Shown: positions 42,001-52,782 of the stretch, one piece after another
Layout: every line of letters starts with the position of its first letter
Numbering within the stretch: position 1 is the stretch's first letter
Source: Rhynchopus sp. YZ270_cl-10
Lineage: Eukaryota
Length of the DNA stretch: 64,000 nucleotides
Assembly (NCBI GenBank): GCA_964035575.1
Contig: OZ037843.1
Coordinates: forward strand, 1,612,001 to 1,676,000
Direction: 5' to 3'
Position numbers and translations under genes: made by a program
Notes under the pieces: model-generated
Told to the model about the DNA's origin: nothing
The model's input: only the letters and a program-made list of their open reading frames with translations
The model's database searches: none

Positions 42001-44006
42001 CCCCGTCGGAGCTGCCCGCTGCGCAGGCGACCTTCGTTCCCACAACACCGGGGCCTACAATAGCAGACACCATGACACCTACCCCAGCCACACACGCTGC
42101 CACTCCTGCGCCACCTACGGTCCAGCCTAGCCTTGCTCCGGAACCTGCAACACCACAAACACACCAGCCACAGGCGCGAACGGTACCACTGAACACTCCA
42201 CTGCCTGCACAGAACTTAACGGTGGTGGAGGTGAAGGTGCCACCGGCACCGGACGTGCTGAAGAACTCTGGGGGCGCGGAGAAGGTGTACGGCATTGTGT
42301 CGCACTCTGCTGGTGCTATTGCGGTGATGACTGCGGGCATGGAGTGCCTCAATGGCGGCGAGCCTGCAGTGCACATCCCCTTTCTCCTGCACCCTACGGG
42401 CCTCGTTATCCTAGGCAGTGAACGTGCCGGCTGCGTCGTGGGCAACACGATCCTCGTGTGCGCGTGGTGTGTGCTGATCGCGATCCTCGTCTTTGCGCGC
42501 TCGATGCTGAAGGACGCCTCCTCAGAGAACACCGCATTGCAGGAAGCGGTCTCGTACCTGAGGTACCCATCGTCATGCTCGTTGGTGCCCGCCTTCTTCT
42601 TGGCAGCAACGTTAAGCGCATCGCTTCAGATTCTTGTTCTCGGGGAGGGGACTGCAGGGCATGCGTTCATTGCGATCTTTGGGGCGCTGCAGTGTGTTGG
42701 GTTTGTCTTTCTGAACTACCTCAAGACTCAGAGGGAGGGCTTCAACTCATCGCTCAGGACGATGAAGCTGCCGGAGACGCGATGGGCACGCTCCGTCCGA
42801 TACGTATTTGGGTCAGACATCTGGGAGAGCGATGCCGGCGACAACCACACTGAACGCCTTGGTGTGATCTTCGAGAACTTTGCTGTCCGCAGGGACGTCC
42901 GGTTCCCATGGGTCACGCAGTTTGGCCGCTATGCTTTAGTAGAATTTGGCCAGGTACTCATCTTTGTCGCGATCTCTGCGATTCACGTTACAACCTGGGG
43001 AGGTTGCGCGACAAAGGCGTACATCCTTGCACTCATCTTCTTCTTCCTTGCGGCCGCAACAGTGCATCAGCGACCGTTTCTTGCGGAGTTCCTCAACCAC
43101 GTTGTCCTCGCCTCTCACGTCCTCTCCGGGTCGGGCATGCTGGTCTTCGCTGTAGTATTCACCTTTGAGTCGACCAACGGTACTGCACTCTTTTTAGGGT
43201 CGAACCTTCTCTTCATCGGGATGATCCTAAGCTACATACGTGCAGGCTACGACGGCATGACCTATTCAATGGACCTTCTGCAGTACAACCCAAAAATGAA
43301 CCTCGAACGCACAATGAACGAACTGCAGGATGACGCTGACGAATCGCTCTCCCCTCTAGGCGACACAAGCTATTCACAGCTCCTCGACACCCAAAGGGCC
43401 CGCAGAGCGCCCTCCGACTGCGACTCTGACGTCAACTCCACCTACGACTGCGCAAAGCTTGCACCCCTCCCAAGTGGTACCTCCTTCTCACAACACCCCC
43501 TTGGACTGCCATCACGACGAAGCGCGAGCCCACTCGGAGGCGGGTCGTCCTCACGCTCTGTCTCGCCTGCCTGCGGAAGGCCTACTTCTCCGATGATTTG
43601 CGTGCTCCCGCCACAGAAGAAGATGCCGTCAGAGAAGACCAGTCCTCTCTCGGACACTGAGAGTGATACTTCGGACGCCGTGATGCTGTCGGAGCAGTTC
43701 CGGTCGCCGATTACGCCAGGGTTGTTGCGGAAGGAGAGTGCGTTTTCGAGAAAGCAGTCAAGAACGCCGTCGAATGCGAGTCTGTCTTCGCCTACACCAG
43801 CGCCGTTGGTGCCGAGGATTGGAAGTCTCACTGCGACGCGGATGCCGACAAGTGTTGCGCGCTCTGTGGGACGCCGGACAGCGTCACACTCAACGCTGCC
43901 CCTCGTGAAGCACGACTCTTCACACTCCGTGAGTTCGCCACCACGGAGGAGTCTTAGCAGGATCTGCAGCGAAAGACTGCCGGTCCTGACTGAGCTGCGG
44001 CAGTGA
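39072..44006 (+). CDS. Large surface membrane protein (1644 aa): signal peptide, ~330-aa beta-rich domain, Pro/Thr mucin-like stalk, ~7 TM domain, Ser-rich cytoplasmic tail
   Basis: MILRLRYVIAGVLCGVCGCSAG is signal-peptide-like. ATPAP/PTPSP pentapeptide repeats follow, then seven hydrophobic segments from GCVVGNTILV to LLFIGMILSY. The upstream ORF extension is just the pyrimidine tract. Confidence 0.85.
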   Translation: MILRLRYVIAGVLCGVCGCSAGGPPPPAAPPSPQFFGDVVTGDVPSSVYKNDKNVHIAAGDTLTHTQVSSSPLQIVMHDSRSFSGMLWCTLTAFDDAGVAKMFAAMRMADGIHYIVLDIDPAAPSYTGDLYMIPGSPSVKTNVATQCLRDLDLVYVCADTATLYIVDTSVHTVTPFSLPGNCLDIAEDASRAILYVAFANEVRVYDNSLPNALSEQVANRHNIPGFVRLAHSPVKDMMMLFSDYGAPPTQAVQSYYYTSVLPEDTVEESTVPRLVDFSGGHCIVYDKTNGDLWYYDYVISGVHYLWVNSVSGAIKWGDGPAPGPWIDVYVHSNKWLFFFSSSGVQYWTTDSVFFGVPPPPPTPLPPTPAPATPSPPTPSPATPAPATPAPATPSPPTPAPPTPSPATPVPATPSPATPSPPTPAPVTPAPATPSPPTPAPPTPSPATPAPATPVPATPSPATPAPATPAPVTPAPATPSPPTPAPPTPSPATPVPATPAPATPSPPTPAPPTPSPATPAPATPVPATPSPATPAPATPAPATPSPATPAPTSPAPASPSPATPAPVTPVPATPSPPTPAPATPAPTPSLATPAPASPSPPTPAPVTPAPPTPVPPPTLSPPTLAPPTPAPATPAPQTPSPPTPSPVTLSPILPAPPTPSPLTPAPATPAPLITSPPTQSPATTSPATLTPVPLTPAPLTPSPATPAPVTPSPPTLAPPTPAPATPAPLTPSPATPASLTPAPQTPSPPTPSPATPSPATPAPLTPPTPAPVTPSPATQSPATQSPATQSPPTPSPATSSPTLSPLTSAPISLAPTQVPTPSPTPSQAPSPVTPSPTSPPTLIPTQAPTPPPTLTPPTLVPATPAPLTLSPTSVAPSPTTIPATPIPTLSPTPSPPTPTPLSPPPPTPSPATAAPLTTPPFTSPATPSPLTSSPLTGVPATLSPDTPAPLTTAPLTAAPSTPAPPSGPPTPTQAPTAAPSELPAAQATFVPTTPGPTIADTMTPTPATHAATPAPPTVQPSLAPEPATPQTHQPQARTVPLNTPLPAQNLTVVEVKVPPAPDVLKNSGGAEKVYGIVSHSAGAIAVMTAGMECLNGGEPAVHIPFLLHPTGLVILGSERAGCVVGNTILVCAWCVLIAILVFARSMLKDASSENTALQEAVSYLRYPSSCSLVPAFFLAATLSASLQILVLGEGTAGHAFIAIFGALQCVGFVFLNYLKTQREGFNSSLRTMKLPETRWARSVRYVFGSDIWESDAGDNHTERLGVIFENFAVRRDVRFPWVTQFGRYALVEFGQVLIFVAISAIHVTTWGGCATKAYILALIFFFLAAATVHQRPFLAEFLNHVVLASHVLSGSGMLVFAVVFTFESTNGTALFLGSNLLFIGMILSYIRAGYDGMTYSMDLLQYNPKMNLERTMNELQDDADESLSPLGDTSYSQLLDTQRARRAPSDCDSDVNSTYDCAKLAPLPSGTSFSQHPLGLPSRRSASPLGGGSSSRSVSPACGRPTSPMICVLPPQKKMPSEKTSPLSDTESDTSDAVMLSEQFRSPITPGLLRKESAFSRKQSRTPSNASLSSPTPAPLVPRIGSLTATRMPTSVARSVGRRTASHSTLPLVKHDSSHSVSSPPRRSLSRICSERLPVLTELRQ
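40140..42130 (+). repeat. Coding 15-nt (5-aa) degenerate tandem repeat encoding the Pro/Thr stalk
   Basis: Units such as gcaacaccgtcacca / gcaacacctgcgcct, homogeneous at the 5' side and decaying towards 3'. Confidence 0.9.
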
Positions 44007-47000
44007 GGGGGAGGGAGGGATCCGAGGGGGGGAGTGGGGTACACATACTCTGTTGGGGGAGGGAAGGTCATTACGCTCCGATAGGATTTGAGTGGGGTGG
44101 ATGTTTACGACTTTTTATTATGATGTAAACCACGAAAATGGGTGTAGGACTGCATGGTTGGGTGTCCACCCCCCGGTACAGCCAAAGGTACACTGTTCAC
44201 GAGAGGGCTTTGTATTTCAGTTCTACTTTTTTTTGCTCATATGTTTTTTTGTATGTTTTACCGCATGGTTATGTGTGACGTCGATTGTGGGGTGTTGGAA
44301 GGTCTCCTCATAATAGGAAGTGATGAGGTTATCATGCTTCTTGAATTTTGATGTTGTTGTTGTGTTTCATTTCGGCAAAACCACTCCGCAAAAAAGAAAT
44401 AATCCCCCCCATATGTTTGGTTTTTCTGCGCTTTTTTATTACAAAGAATTGTTTTCTCCGACGAAGATTCGGCTTATGTTTACCAACCTTTTTGTTCAGT
44501 TTTTGGTGACTAAGTACAACAGTACTGACGCATCTTTTGCCACACGTTTCCCTTTTGTTCAGGTGTTCCACACCGTGTCCAAAAGAGGTGTCGGCACGTT
44601 TTTCAACTTCACTTCATTTTTGTCTATATTTACTCACGCGTCGCCAAAAATAATAGTTTTGCCTTGCTTCATTTGGATGGTTGGCATCGTACAGTGGGTC
44701 AGTCGGAGGTGCCTGCATGACTATTATTTGTGTGCTTCGCTCACTTACACAACTCCTTACTATCAAAGACTCTCTTGCATTTGCGGGCTACATCCTTGCA
44801 GAATGGTGAGTCACATGACACCTTTTTTTTCACCCCCTGGTGCACAGCTGTTTCAGGTTTTTTGGTTCCATTTTTCTATATTTTTTTTTCGCCGATATTT
44901 CCCAAAATTAGCGCGACCCCTGATCTAAGTTCTATCGGGGGAAAAGCCCCCCTATCCTCGTTGCTTTTCCTTGGCAATTAGTTTGTTGTCTTGAAATTCA
45001 ATGTCTTCCACACATTTTTCCTTCAACCCCAGTATGTTGTAGGTACTCTACCAACCCTCGTGCAACGACTTTTTTTTGTGGTCTGACTTTATGTTCGTTT
45101 GCACCATATTTCGAAAAAAAAAAAAGTGTCGTTTCAATGAATTTTTTAAGCTACACAACAAGAAAGAAAGTACAGTGCAGCTCATCCTCGGGATGCCTAC
45201 ACTAATACACGAATAGAACCCACCTCACTGGTTAGGTTTTTACGTTTTTTTTATTTTATTTTTTTTATTTGATTCAGTGTCCTGCCCGCCGATGTACGGT
45301 GAGGCGTTTGCACCTTATCTTCTTTGTTTTCGTGATGGTATACTATAGGGGGTTTTCCGGTTCCGTTTTTTTTCTTTTCTTTTTTTCTTTTTTTTGGTGG
45401 TTTTCTTCCGCAAACCCGTAAGTGCGTTTGTCCCGTTAACGCCGTGAAGGCGTGCGGCGCGTATCAACACCTCCCTTCTATTTGTGACTAATCACGACAG
45501 GCTTGTGCCCACATGTCCACTATTCACCATTCATCTTCATCCTGATCACCCTTACGAATGTTCCCTTTATTGAACGAGAGGCTTAGGTCCAGCTTACAAA
45601 ACCTGTTCTTTGCGAATTTTTTATTTTATTTTATTTTACGCAACACACTTACCCGTGCGTTGTGGGGAGGAGTGATGAATTGAAAAAATTCCCGTTACTC
45701 GCACCCCTTATCCCCCCCGCTTTCTTCAGTCGTGATCAACAGGCACAGAGTACGTTTCCAGACGAGGCTGAGAGGTTTCTTATGATCCAGTGAGACGACA
45801 AACACCGGTGGGGGTAATAACTATGGACGTCACAACTCTTCACATACATGTTTTTTTTGTGAAGAGTTGTGAATTGAAATGAAAATTTGTATTTTTCGAT
45901 ACCCCGGGAACACACCAAACGTGGATTTAGAGATTTCAAAGCTCTAAGGAGGGCTTTTACCCCCTCAGATGTTTGTTGTCGTACTGTATGTGCAAACCTA
46001 GAATGATATGAATGTCTATTTTTTTCTGTTTTTCGATATGTGCAGGTAGTCGCGAAGGCAACCTACCTTTCCCCAAAACATATTTCTATGTGCGGTATCA
46101 ATGTACCACCTTTTTTTCTCGTTTTTCATTTTCTGGGTTAATGTTAGAAACCAATCTACTGAAGTTTCAATTTGTGCATGAAGCATTTATTTTTCTTTTT
46201 CTACGTTTTGCAAAACATTCCAAAAAAAAAAAGCAAGGGTACATTTGTCGCACCCTCTTTGCTTTCTTTTCATTTCGGTTAAGAAAAGAAAGTATATGAA
46301 ATTATTCGTTTTTCATTTTCTTTCATTTTGTTTGAGCATATAATTTATCTGGAAACGAAATACGAGTTCTTCTTGATACATTGAGTCTTACCGTTTCCCA
46401 CCCTCTTTTGCTCCACCTCTCTCATAACATTTTTTCCTTTGTGCAGAGGTTGTAACACTACGTTTCGTTTCGGTTGGGGTTTTTTTTGTTTCTTGTTTTT
46501 TTTGTTTCTTTTTTGGACTGGTACCTTGCGTCCGCCGATGCAAGGTGAGGCTGCAGGGTTCAATACGCAATCTGGCTGTTTTCCAGTGCACGTTGCTCCT
46601 CACTTCGGGAATCCAATTTGCGATTCATCCAGGTGACAGCGTTGTAAGGTGACCAAGCACGCAAGGCTCATGGTCGCCTTACAAACGTGTCTTTCATTTC
46701 ACAGTGAATCACAGTCTCTCCCTAACATAAGGGCATCATCAGACAGCTATGATGGTTCTTTTTCTTAGTTGACTATTTGTTGGGCGTCACTTTCATGATT
46801 TCACTGTATTTTTTACACTACACACATACACGATGTGAGTTGGGGCTTATTTTCCTCCCCCCCGCTCTTCATCTCAGTAGGGGGGGGGTGAACAACAAAC
46901 CGGCTGTTGTATTTCAAGTCAACTTCATCGTGGACAGCACCAGGCACACACTGCTGCGGTGTCTAGACCGCGTGAGGTGGTTTGCGTACACAGAAAGCTG

Positions 47001-47688
47001 AGTGGTTATATTTTACACTATACAATATCACACACAGCGCGACTCGACTCTTCTATTCTGGCACCGTATACACGAATTCAATATAACCGTAATCGTAAAA
47101 ATGTTCGACCGTAAAAAAAGGTCGACTTCCAGAAAATCCTGAAAAGGTCGAACATTAGTTCGATAATTTTTACGATTGCGGTTTATATTTTTCTCCCGGG
47201 TACAACGTCGGTTGTATGATCTTGGGGGCGCGTTTAAACAAGTCCATCTTTCTCGTTTTCGTGAAATCTCCCCCGTTATGGAATTAGCGGGGTGTGTGAG
47301 TCTTAATATTCATTGCGACAACGGGTAGACTGTGCCTCGAAGATTGTTGGTTGGGTTGGTGAAAATTTTTTCCTTTCCCCGTTTTCAGTTGTGAGCACAG
47401 AGCATAAAAAATGCCTACCCGGCCATATTCATTTTAACAACAAAACAAAGTGGCAATAAAAATCCAAATATAAAAAAAAATGCACCTGTTCTCACTTTAC
47501 CATCGGTCTCAACTTCCTCCAAACATCGCCAAACAAACGCCCAATACGGGTCAAAAAATCAGGCTTGTTTGGTACCCCAGAAATACACAAAAAAACGAAG
47601 TACGCGACAAACTACGCACTACGTACGCAATATGGGGTCGTCAGGAGCACCACCCCTAGACTAGAGGCTAGTAAAGCTTTATTGTTTA

Positions 47689-47826
47689 TCCCACTCCCAC
47701 TCCCACTCCCACTCCCACTCCCACTCCCACTCCCACTCCCACTCCCACTCCCACTCCCACTCCCACTCCCACTCCCACTCCCACTCCCACTCCCACTCCC
47801 ACTCCCACTCCCACTCCCACTCCCAC
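47689..47826. repeat. Microsatellite (TCCCAC)x23
   Basis: Perfect hexamer array ending ~15 nt upstream of a tttcAG site and ~40 nt upstream of the transporter ATG. Confidence 0.97.
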
Positions 47827-47864
47827 TACCCCACACCTTTCAGGTCCATCCTCCCCCTCTCCGC

Positions 47865-49217
47865 ATGTTGGTGTCTGATGAGCGACGATCGATTCTGTCT
47901 GCAGATGGTGAGGTGCAGTGTGTGCACGGAGGGGAGCAGCCTCCACCGCGGACGGTGCACCGTGAGATGTTCAAGGCGTATGTCAACATGCTGTGCACGA
48001 TGGCAGGGTCGGGCATCCTCGGGCTGCCGTACACCCTCCGGCAGGGGGGCTGGCTGATGGCGCCGCTGATGATCGTTATTGGAAGTCTTGCTTTGTACAC
48101 GGCACGTCTCGTAGCGGATAACCTACACCGACCGGACGGAAGGCTTCCTGGCTACCCAGAAACCGGGTATGAAGCAATGGGCCGTCCGGGGCGATGGCTT
48201 GTCCATGTCTTCCAGAAGCTGACTCTTATTGGAGTTTCGATTCTTTTTCTTATTTTGTCTGCAGGGTTTTTGCACGATGCGTCTGAAACGCTTCATGGAC
48301 CGAGCCTTACAACAAAACAGTGGACCCTCATCTCCGCAGGAATAGTCTCCATACCGGTGCTCTTTCAAGCAAATGTCGATGCCCTCGCTTCAACCTCCAC
48401 TATGGGTGGTGCCGTCACCTTTGCGACAGTGGTTGGGGTGCTGGGGGTAGCACTGAGCCACCCCCCGGAGGACACCCCTACACGCACCTTCGTTGAAGTA
48501 AAGAACTTTCCCATCGCCTTCTCCGCTGTGTGTCTCTCCTTTGGTGGGCACGGTGTGATTCCTACCGTTCAGGACAACATGGCGAAGGTGGGGGTCGACA
48601 ACACACACTTCAAACGCGTTTTGGACTATGCATTTGGCACACTCATTTTGTTTTATGTGCCGGTCGCGACGGTGGGGTACTATGTATATGGTAACGACGT
48701 AGCGTCGCCTGTTGTCAACTCGCTGCCTGCATCCAATGGAGGGACAGTGACTATTCAGTTGGCGATCACGGTGCATCTGCTGATGGCGTTCCCCATCCCA
48801 CAGCACGTTGTGTACTCGGAGGTGGAGAGGAGCTTAGGTCTGGTGCCCGAGGACGGTTCGTACATGGGGTCGAGGGATGTTGCGTTGATTGCCCCGCGCT
48901 TTGCGATCCGTCTCTTCGGTGTAGTTGGGTCTACGTTGACAGCATACTATGTACCTTACTTCGGCGACTGCATGTCTCTCGTCGGTGCGCTGGGGGACGG
49001 TGTTCTTGTGTTCATCTTGCCCTGCCTTTTTGCGTTGATTTTACACGAGAGGGAGAGGCCGAAAGCACGCAGAACTGGATACGAGATACTCTGGTACGTC
49101 TGGCTAGGAGTCATAATGTGTGTGGGTGTCGTCTGTGCGGTGTTTGGTGCGAAGCAGGCAATATCGAACCTCATCGACGATGTGGAGGGGTCTGGGTCTT
49201 CCTCCTCAGGAACCTAA
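47865..49217 (+). CDS. Amino acid transporter, AAAP/Aa_trans family (~450 aa)
   Basis: Motifs NMLCTMAGSGILGLPY..GW, YPETGYEAMG, SFGGHGVIPTVQ, GYYVYG, PYFGDCMSLVGA and FILPCLF, with ~11 TM segments. The start was placed after the microsatellite. Confidence 0.92.
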   Translation: MLVSDERRSILSADGEVQCVHGGEQPPPRTVHREMFKAYVNMLCTMAGSGILGLPYTLRQGGWLMAPLMIVIGSLALYTARLVADNLHRPDGRLPGYPETGYEAMGRPGRWLVHVFQKLTLIGVSILFLILSAGFLHDASETLHGPSLTTKQWTLISAGIVSIPVLFQANVDALASTSTMGGAVTFATVVGVLGVALSHPPEDTPTRTFVEVKNFPIAFSAVCLSFGGHGVIPTVQDNMAKVGVDNTHFKRVLDYAFGTLILFYVPVATVGYYVYGNDVASPVVNSLPASNGGTVTIQLAITVHLLMAFPIPQHVVYSEVERSLGLVPEDGSYMGSRDVALIAPRFAIRLFGVVGSTLTAYYVPYFGDCMSLVGALGDGVLVFILPCLFALILHERERPKARRTGYEILWYVWLGVIMCVGVVCAVFGAKQAISNLIDDVEGSGSSSSGT

Positions 49218-50325
49218 AAGGAGGGGAGCAAAGCCAGGTTAAAAATTAAAGGTTCAAAACTTGGATTGGGGAGGACATAGCAGGGGGAGGTGCGGAAAAT
49301 CCGAGTGGGGGGGGTGTGTGGGGATGCGTGTTGTGTTTGTTTGCTGTTGCAAACTCTCATTGAAAAGCTGGCAACACCTTTTGTTGTCTATACCATTAAA
49401 AAAAGTTTTTGTTTGCTGTTGTTGGCCGCAGGGTACTTCTAGTGCTTTTCCTCCGGATGGCTGGCATCGTACAGTGGGTCAGTCAGAGAGGTGCCTGCAT
49501 CAACAGCTGCAGGTTTGTTTTGTGTTGAAGACATCGATCGGACCATGATCGATCTGGTGGCGTGGACAGTTTTTGTGATGGAAAAGAGAGTGTAGGCGAG
49601 ACAAAAAAATGCGGCGTTCATTAGCTGTAGAAAGCTAGCAAAAGGGACGGCGTCGAAGCTGTTTGGGGGTTGCGCAATTGATTGCACAACAAAAAAAAAG
49701 GGGGCTTCTTTCAGAGGGATGTTCGCCTTCTGGTCTCTACATTTTTTTTTGGAAAGATTGATAACTGTGTAGACAATCCACGCAGCTGTTCTTCGCCTTT
49801 CACTTTTTTTATAAAGCTAGGTCATACGAAGTTGACAGAGGGGAAATTTCTACGGTCTCTCTAGCTGTTTTCACCCTCATTTGTGCTCCTCCCTTCTCAC
49901 ACCTCATCATCTGTACGTCAGGACTTTCATTTTCTTACCTTTTCTATTTGGCTCTGTTTTTTGCAAACATATCAGTTTTCAAAAAAGGTGGAAGCGTACA
50001 AACTAACAAACTCTCCCCCTATTTCGTTCCCGTTTTTTCCTGTGTTGGGTGAAGATAGTTATTGACACCGTACTGTTTTTGGGTGTCCACCCCGGTACAG
50101 CTGGTCATGTACCAAGGTACACTGGAGAGGGCTTTTGTATTTCAAGTCAGCATTTTTTGTGTCGGGTTGTGCAACGAGCTCCTTTGATTAAGGTATCTGC
50201 GCCAGTTCACTTTTACCCCAATTGTTTTTCCCCATGTATGTGTGCGCGAATCTTTATCCAAGTTTTCTTTCTTTTTTTAGATGTGTGAATTTCACTGAAA
50301 GGAACATGAATCTTCATTTTGTTTT

Positions 50326-51858
50326 GGGATAAGGACAGTCTGGCCCACTACGTTTGACTTTTGGACAGTATGGGCCCAACATGTTTCGATAAAGACAGTT
50401 CAGCCCCGAACGTTTGTAAAAAAGACAGTTCAGACCCAAAACGTTTGCAAAAAAGACAGTTCAGACCCAAAACGTTTACAAAAAAGACAGTTCAGACCCA
50501 AAACGTTTGCAAAAAAGACAGTTCAGACCCAAAACGTTTGTAAAAAAGACAGTTCAGACCCAGGCAGCTGCACCCATCTGAGCCCAAAAATGCCACCCCT
50601 GAGTGGGTCTTGGGCACGGCTATCACCGTGCGCTGGTCAGAGGTCTGACCAGGTATACCTGGTCAGACCACCTGTTATTTGGTCACATTTACCGGTACGT
50701 ACCCAGGCGACCAGGTGACCAGGTACCCAGGTACACGGTACACTGGTGTACAAGGAAAAAAGTCGTGAAAGAGCAACCACAGCTCCACATGACAAACACA
50801 AAAGTGTCCAATCACGTGGGGCATTCATGCACTGAGGAGATAATAATCCAACAATTTACAAGAAAGATTACTTAACCTACTGCTGGAAATTGCCAGGTCG
50901 TAGTAACACACAAAGTGTGCCTCCGTTCGGGAAGACCGGATATTCTAGAGACCAAAAAGGCCTCTTCCGCTAGTCAAGGTATAACCGAGTGAACGGCCCA
51001 AGACCCCCGTGGAGAAGTTAAATGCTGTAATGCTATCAAGTAGAAACTGCGACCACTGTCTTACCCTCCTCAATGCATGGTGGAAGATGTCTTTGACAAC
51101 AAATATCCTGTACCCAGGTACCCATATTCCCAGACCCACGCAGTACCACGTCGCAGTACTACGCAAAATTTACCACCAGACCCTGTCTTCGTGCACCTTA
51201 AGTACAACGCCGCAGACAGGCCAAACATGCGTTGGAATCAGAGGAATGCCTGCTGTGCAGTGTATCAAACATGAGAACCAACTCCCAGCAACAAGGGGCG
51301 CCTTTTGGCGGGCGTTGTTGAGGGTGTTTGGGGTGCAAAGTTTTCCACAATTTTGATGCTAGATAGATGTTATAATAAAGAGAATTCAGAACAAAACAAC
51401 ACCCTGCCCCATACACACTAAATTGTCATACTTCAAGAGCATGCCTGGGCCAAAATTGTTGTGATCCAAATGAGTAAGGCCACCAACAAAGTCTTTTGGA
51501 CTTTTTTGTTGCGTCGACTCTGGCAATTGGGGTGCGTGTACGTATGTACCTGCGTATCTGGGTGCCTGGGCACCCCAGTGCCAGATTCAGCGGGGGGTAC
51601 CCCCGCGAACACCCCTCCCACCAGAAACCCACAAACCCTCCCTACCGCTGCCTGGGTCTGAACTGTCTTTTTTGCAAACGTTTTGGGTCTGAACTGTCTT
51701 TTTTGCAAACGTTTTGGGTCTGAACTGTCTTTTTTGTAAACGTTTTGGGTCTGAACTGTCTTTTTTACAAACGTTTGGGGCTGAACTGTCTTTATCGAAA
51801 CATGTTGGGCCCATACTGTCCAAAAGTCAAACGTAGTGGGCCAGACTGTCCTTATCCC
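50326..51858. mobile_element. Mutator-like (MULE)/foldback non-autonomous element
   Basis: ~210-245-bp TIRs beginning gggataaggacagtctggcccactacg and containing 30-bp tandem units (aaagacagttcagacccaaaacgtttg). Perfect 9-bp TSD TTTTGTTTT. Confidence 0.88.
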
Positions 51859-52782
51859 TTTTGTTTTTTTTTACGCCCAGTGTTGTACCTCGTATGGAAA
51901 CCTGATAAATTCCATGTAAAAGGCTTCGCAAAAGGAAGAATAAAAAATGACAACAAATGAACAAAAAAGACCGCTACGAGTGTTTTTTTAGGAAAAAATT
52001 TTAGAATGCACTTTTTTTTCTTACAGAGATCTCTTGAGATCGTATAAACACGGCCAGAATAACACTTTTTTAGTTATTCTTTTTGTGTAGAAAACTTCCT
52101 TTTTTCCCTCCCTTTTCAAAGTGCACTACTGCTTAAGCAGGATCATCTTGTCTAATACAAGATACGTTTCCCACTCGGTAGACACGTCAATTATGACAAT
52201 AACTGTTTTTTTTTTCTCGCGAAATACTTTTGTAAAAATTGGCCTCCCGACCAACGCACTTCAGCTGCGGTCTGTGTTCTTCTAAAGGTTTCGTGGTAGC
52301 AGTACACTCCACTCTTTCCATGTGTTTTCCAAGACCCCCCCTATTTTGTTCACATCTTCTCTCCATCCCCGCGGTGCACCAGTCATGTACCAAGGTGTCA
52401 GGAGGGCTTTTGTATTTCAAGTCAAATTATGTTGTTGTTCGCAGGCACTTCTGCTTTCATCTGAGGCTGGCTGAAAGGGTCAGTCGATATGTCTGCATAA
52501 CAACGATTTTGTTTCAATGTCAGGATTCGAGATGAGGCAGGGGTTCAGGATCCGATTATAAACCTTTCCCCCTTTTTTGTTACTTTCCAACCGCCCTCTC
52601 GAGTGCATTCAGTTCTAATTGAAAGTGCATGGATGTAACCTATTTTTATACGCTGCATCCAGATATTTTGTCCACACAGACAAATACTTCCCTACTCCAC
52701 TAAATAAATCGAAATATGGTGCACTCAGCGGAGCCCAAATTCCACAAAAAAGCAACTTTATTCTTTTGATCTTTAGATCCTT

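Noticed and set aside
39980..42532. 850-aa Gly/Val/Ala-rich ORF on the minus strand, plus the 592-aa alternative-frame ORF at 40073-41851
   Set aside because: These are shadows of the stop-poor Pro/Thr repeat of the + strand gene.
47689..47826. Telomeric repeat
   Set aside because: The unit is GGGAGT rather than TTAGGG, and the array is internal.
50390..50562. 30-bp repeats here and ~62-bp repeats at 27375-27586 as a possible CRISPR array
   Set aside because: They are head-to-tail tandem units without unique spacers, lie inside transposon arms, have no cas genes nearby, and the context is eukaryotic.
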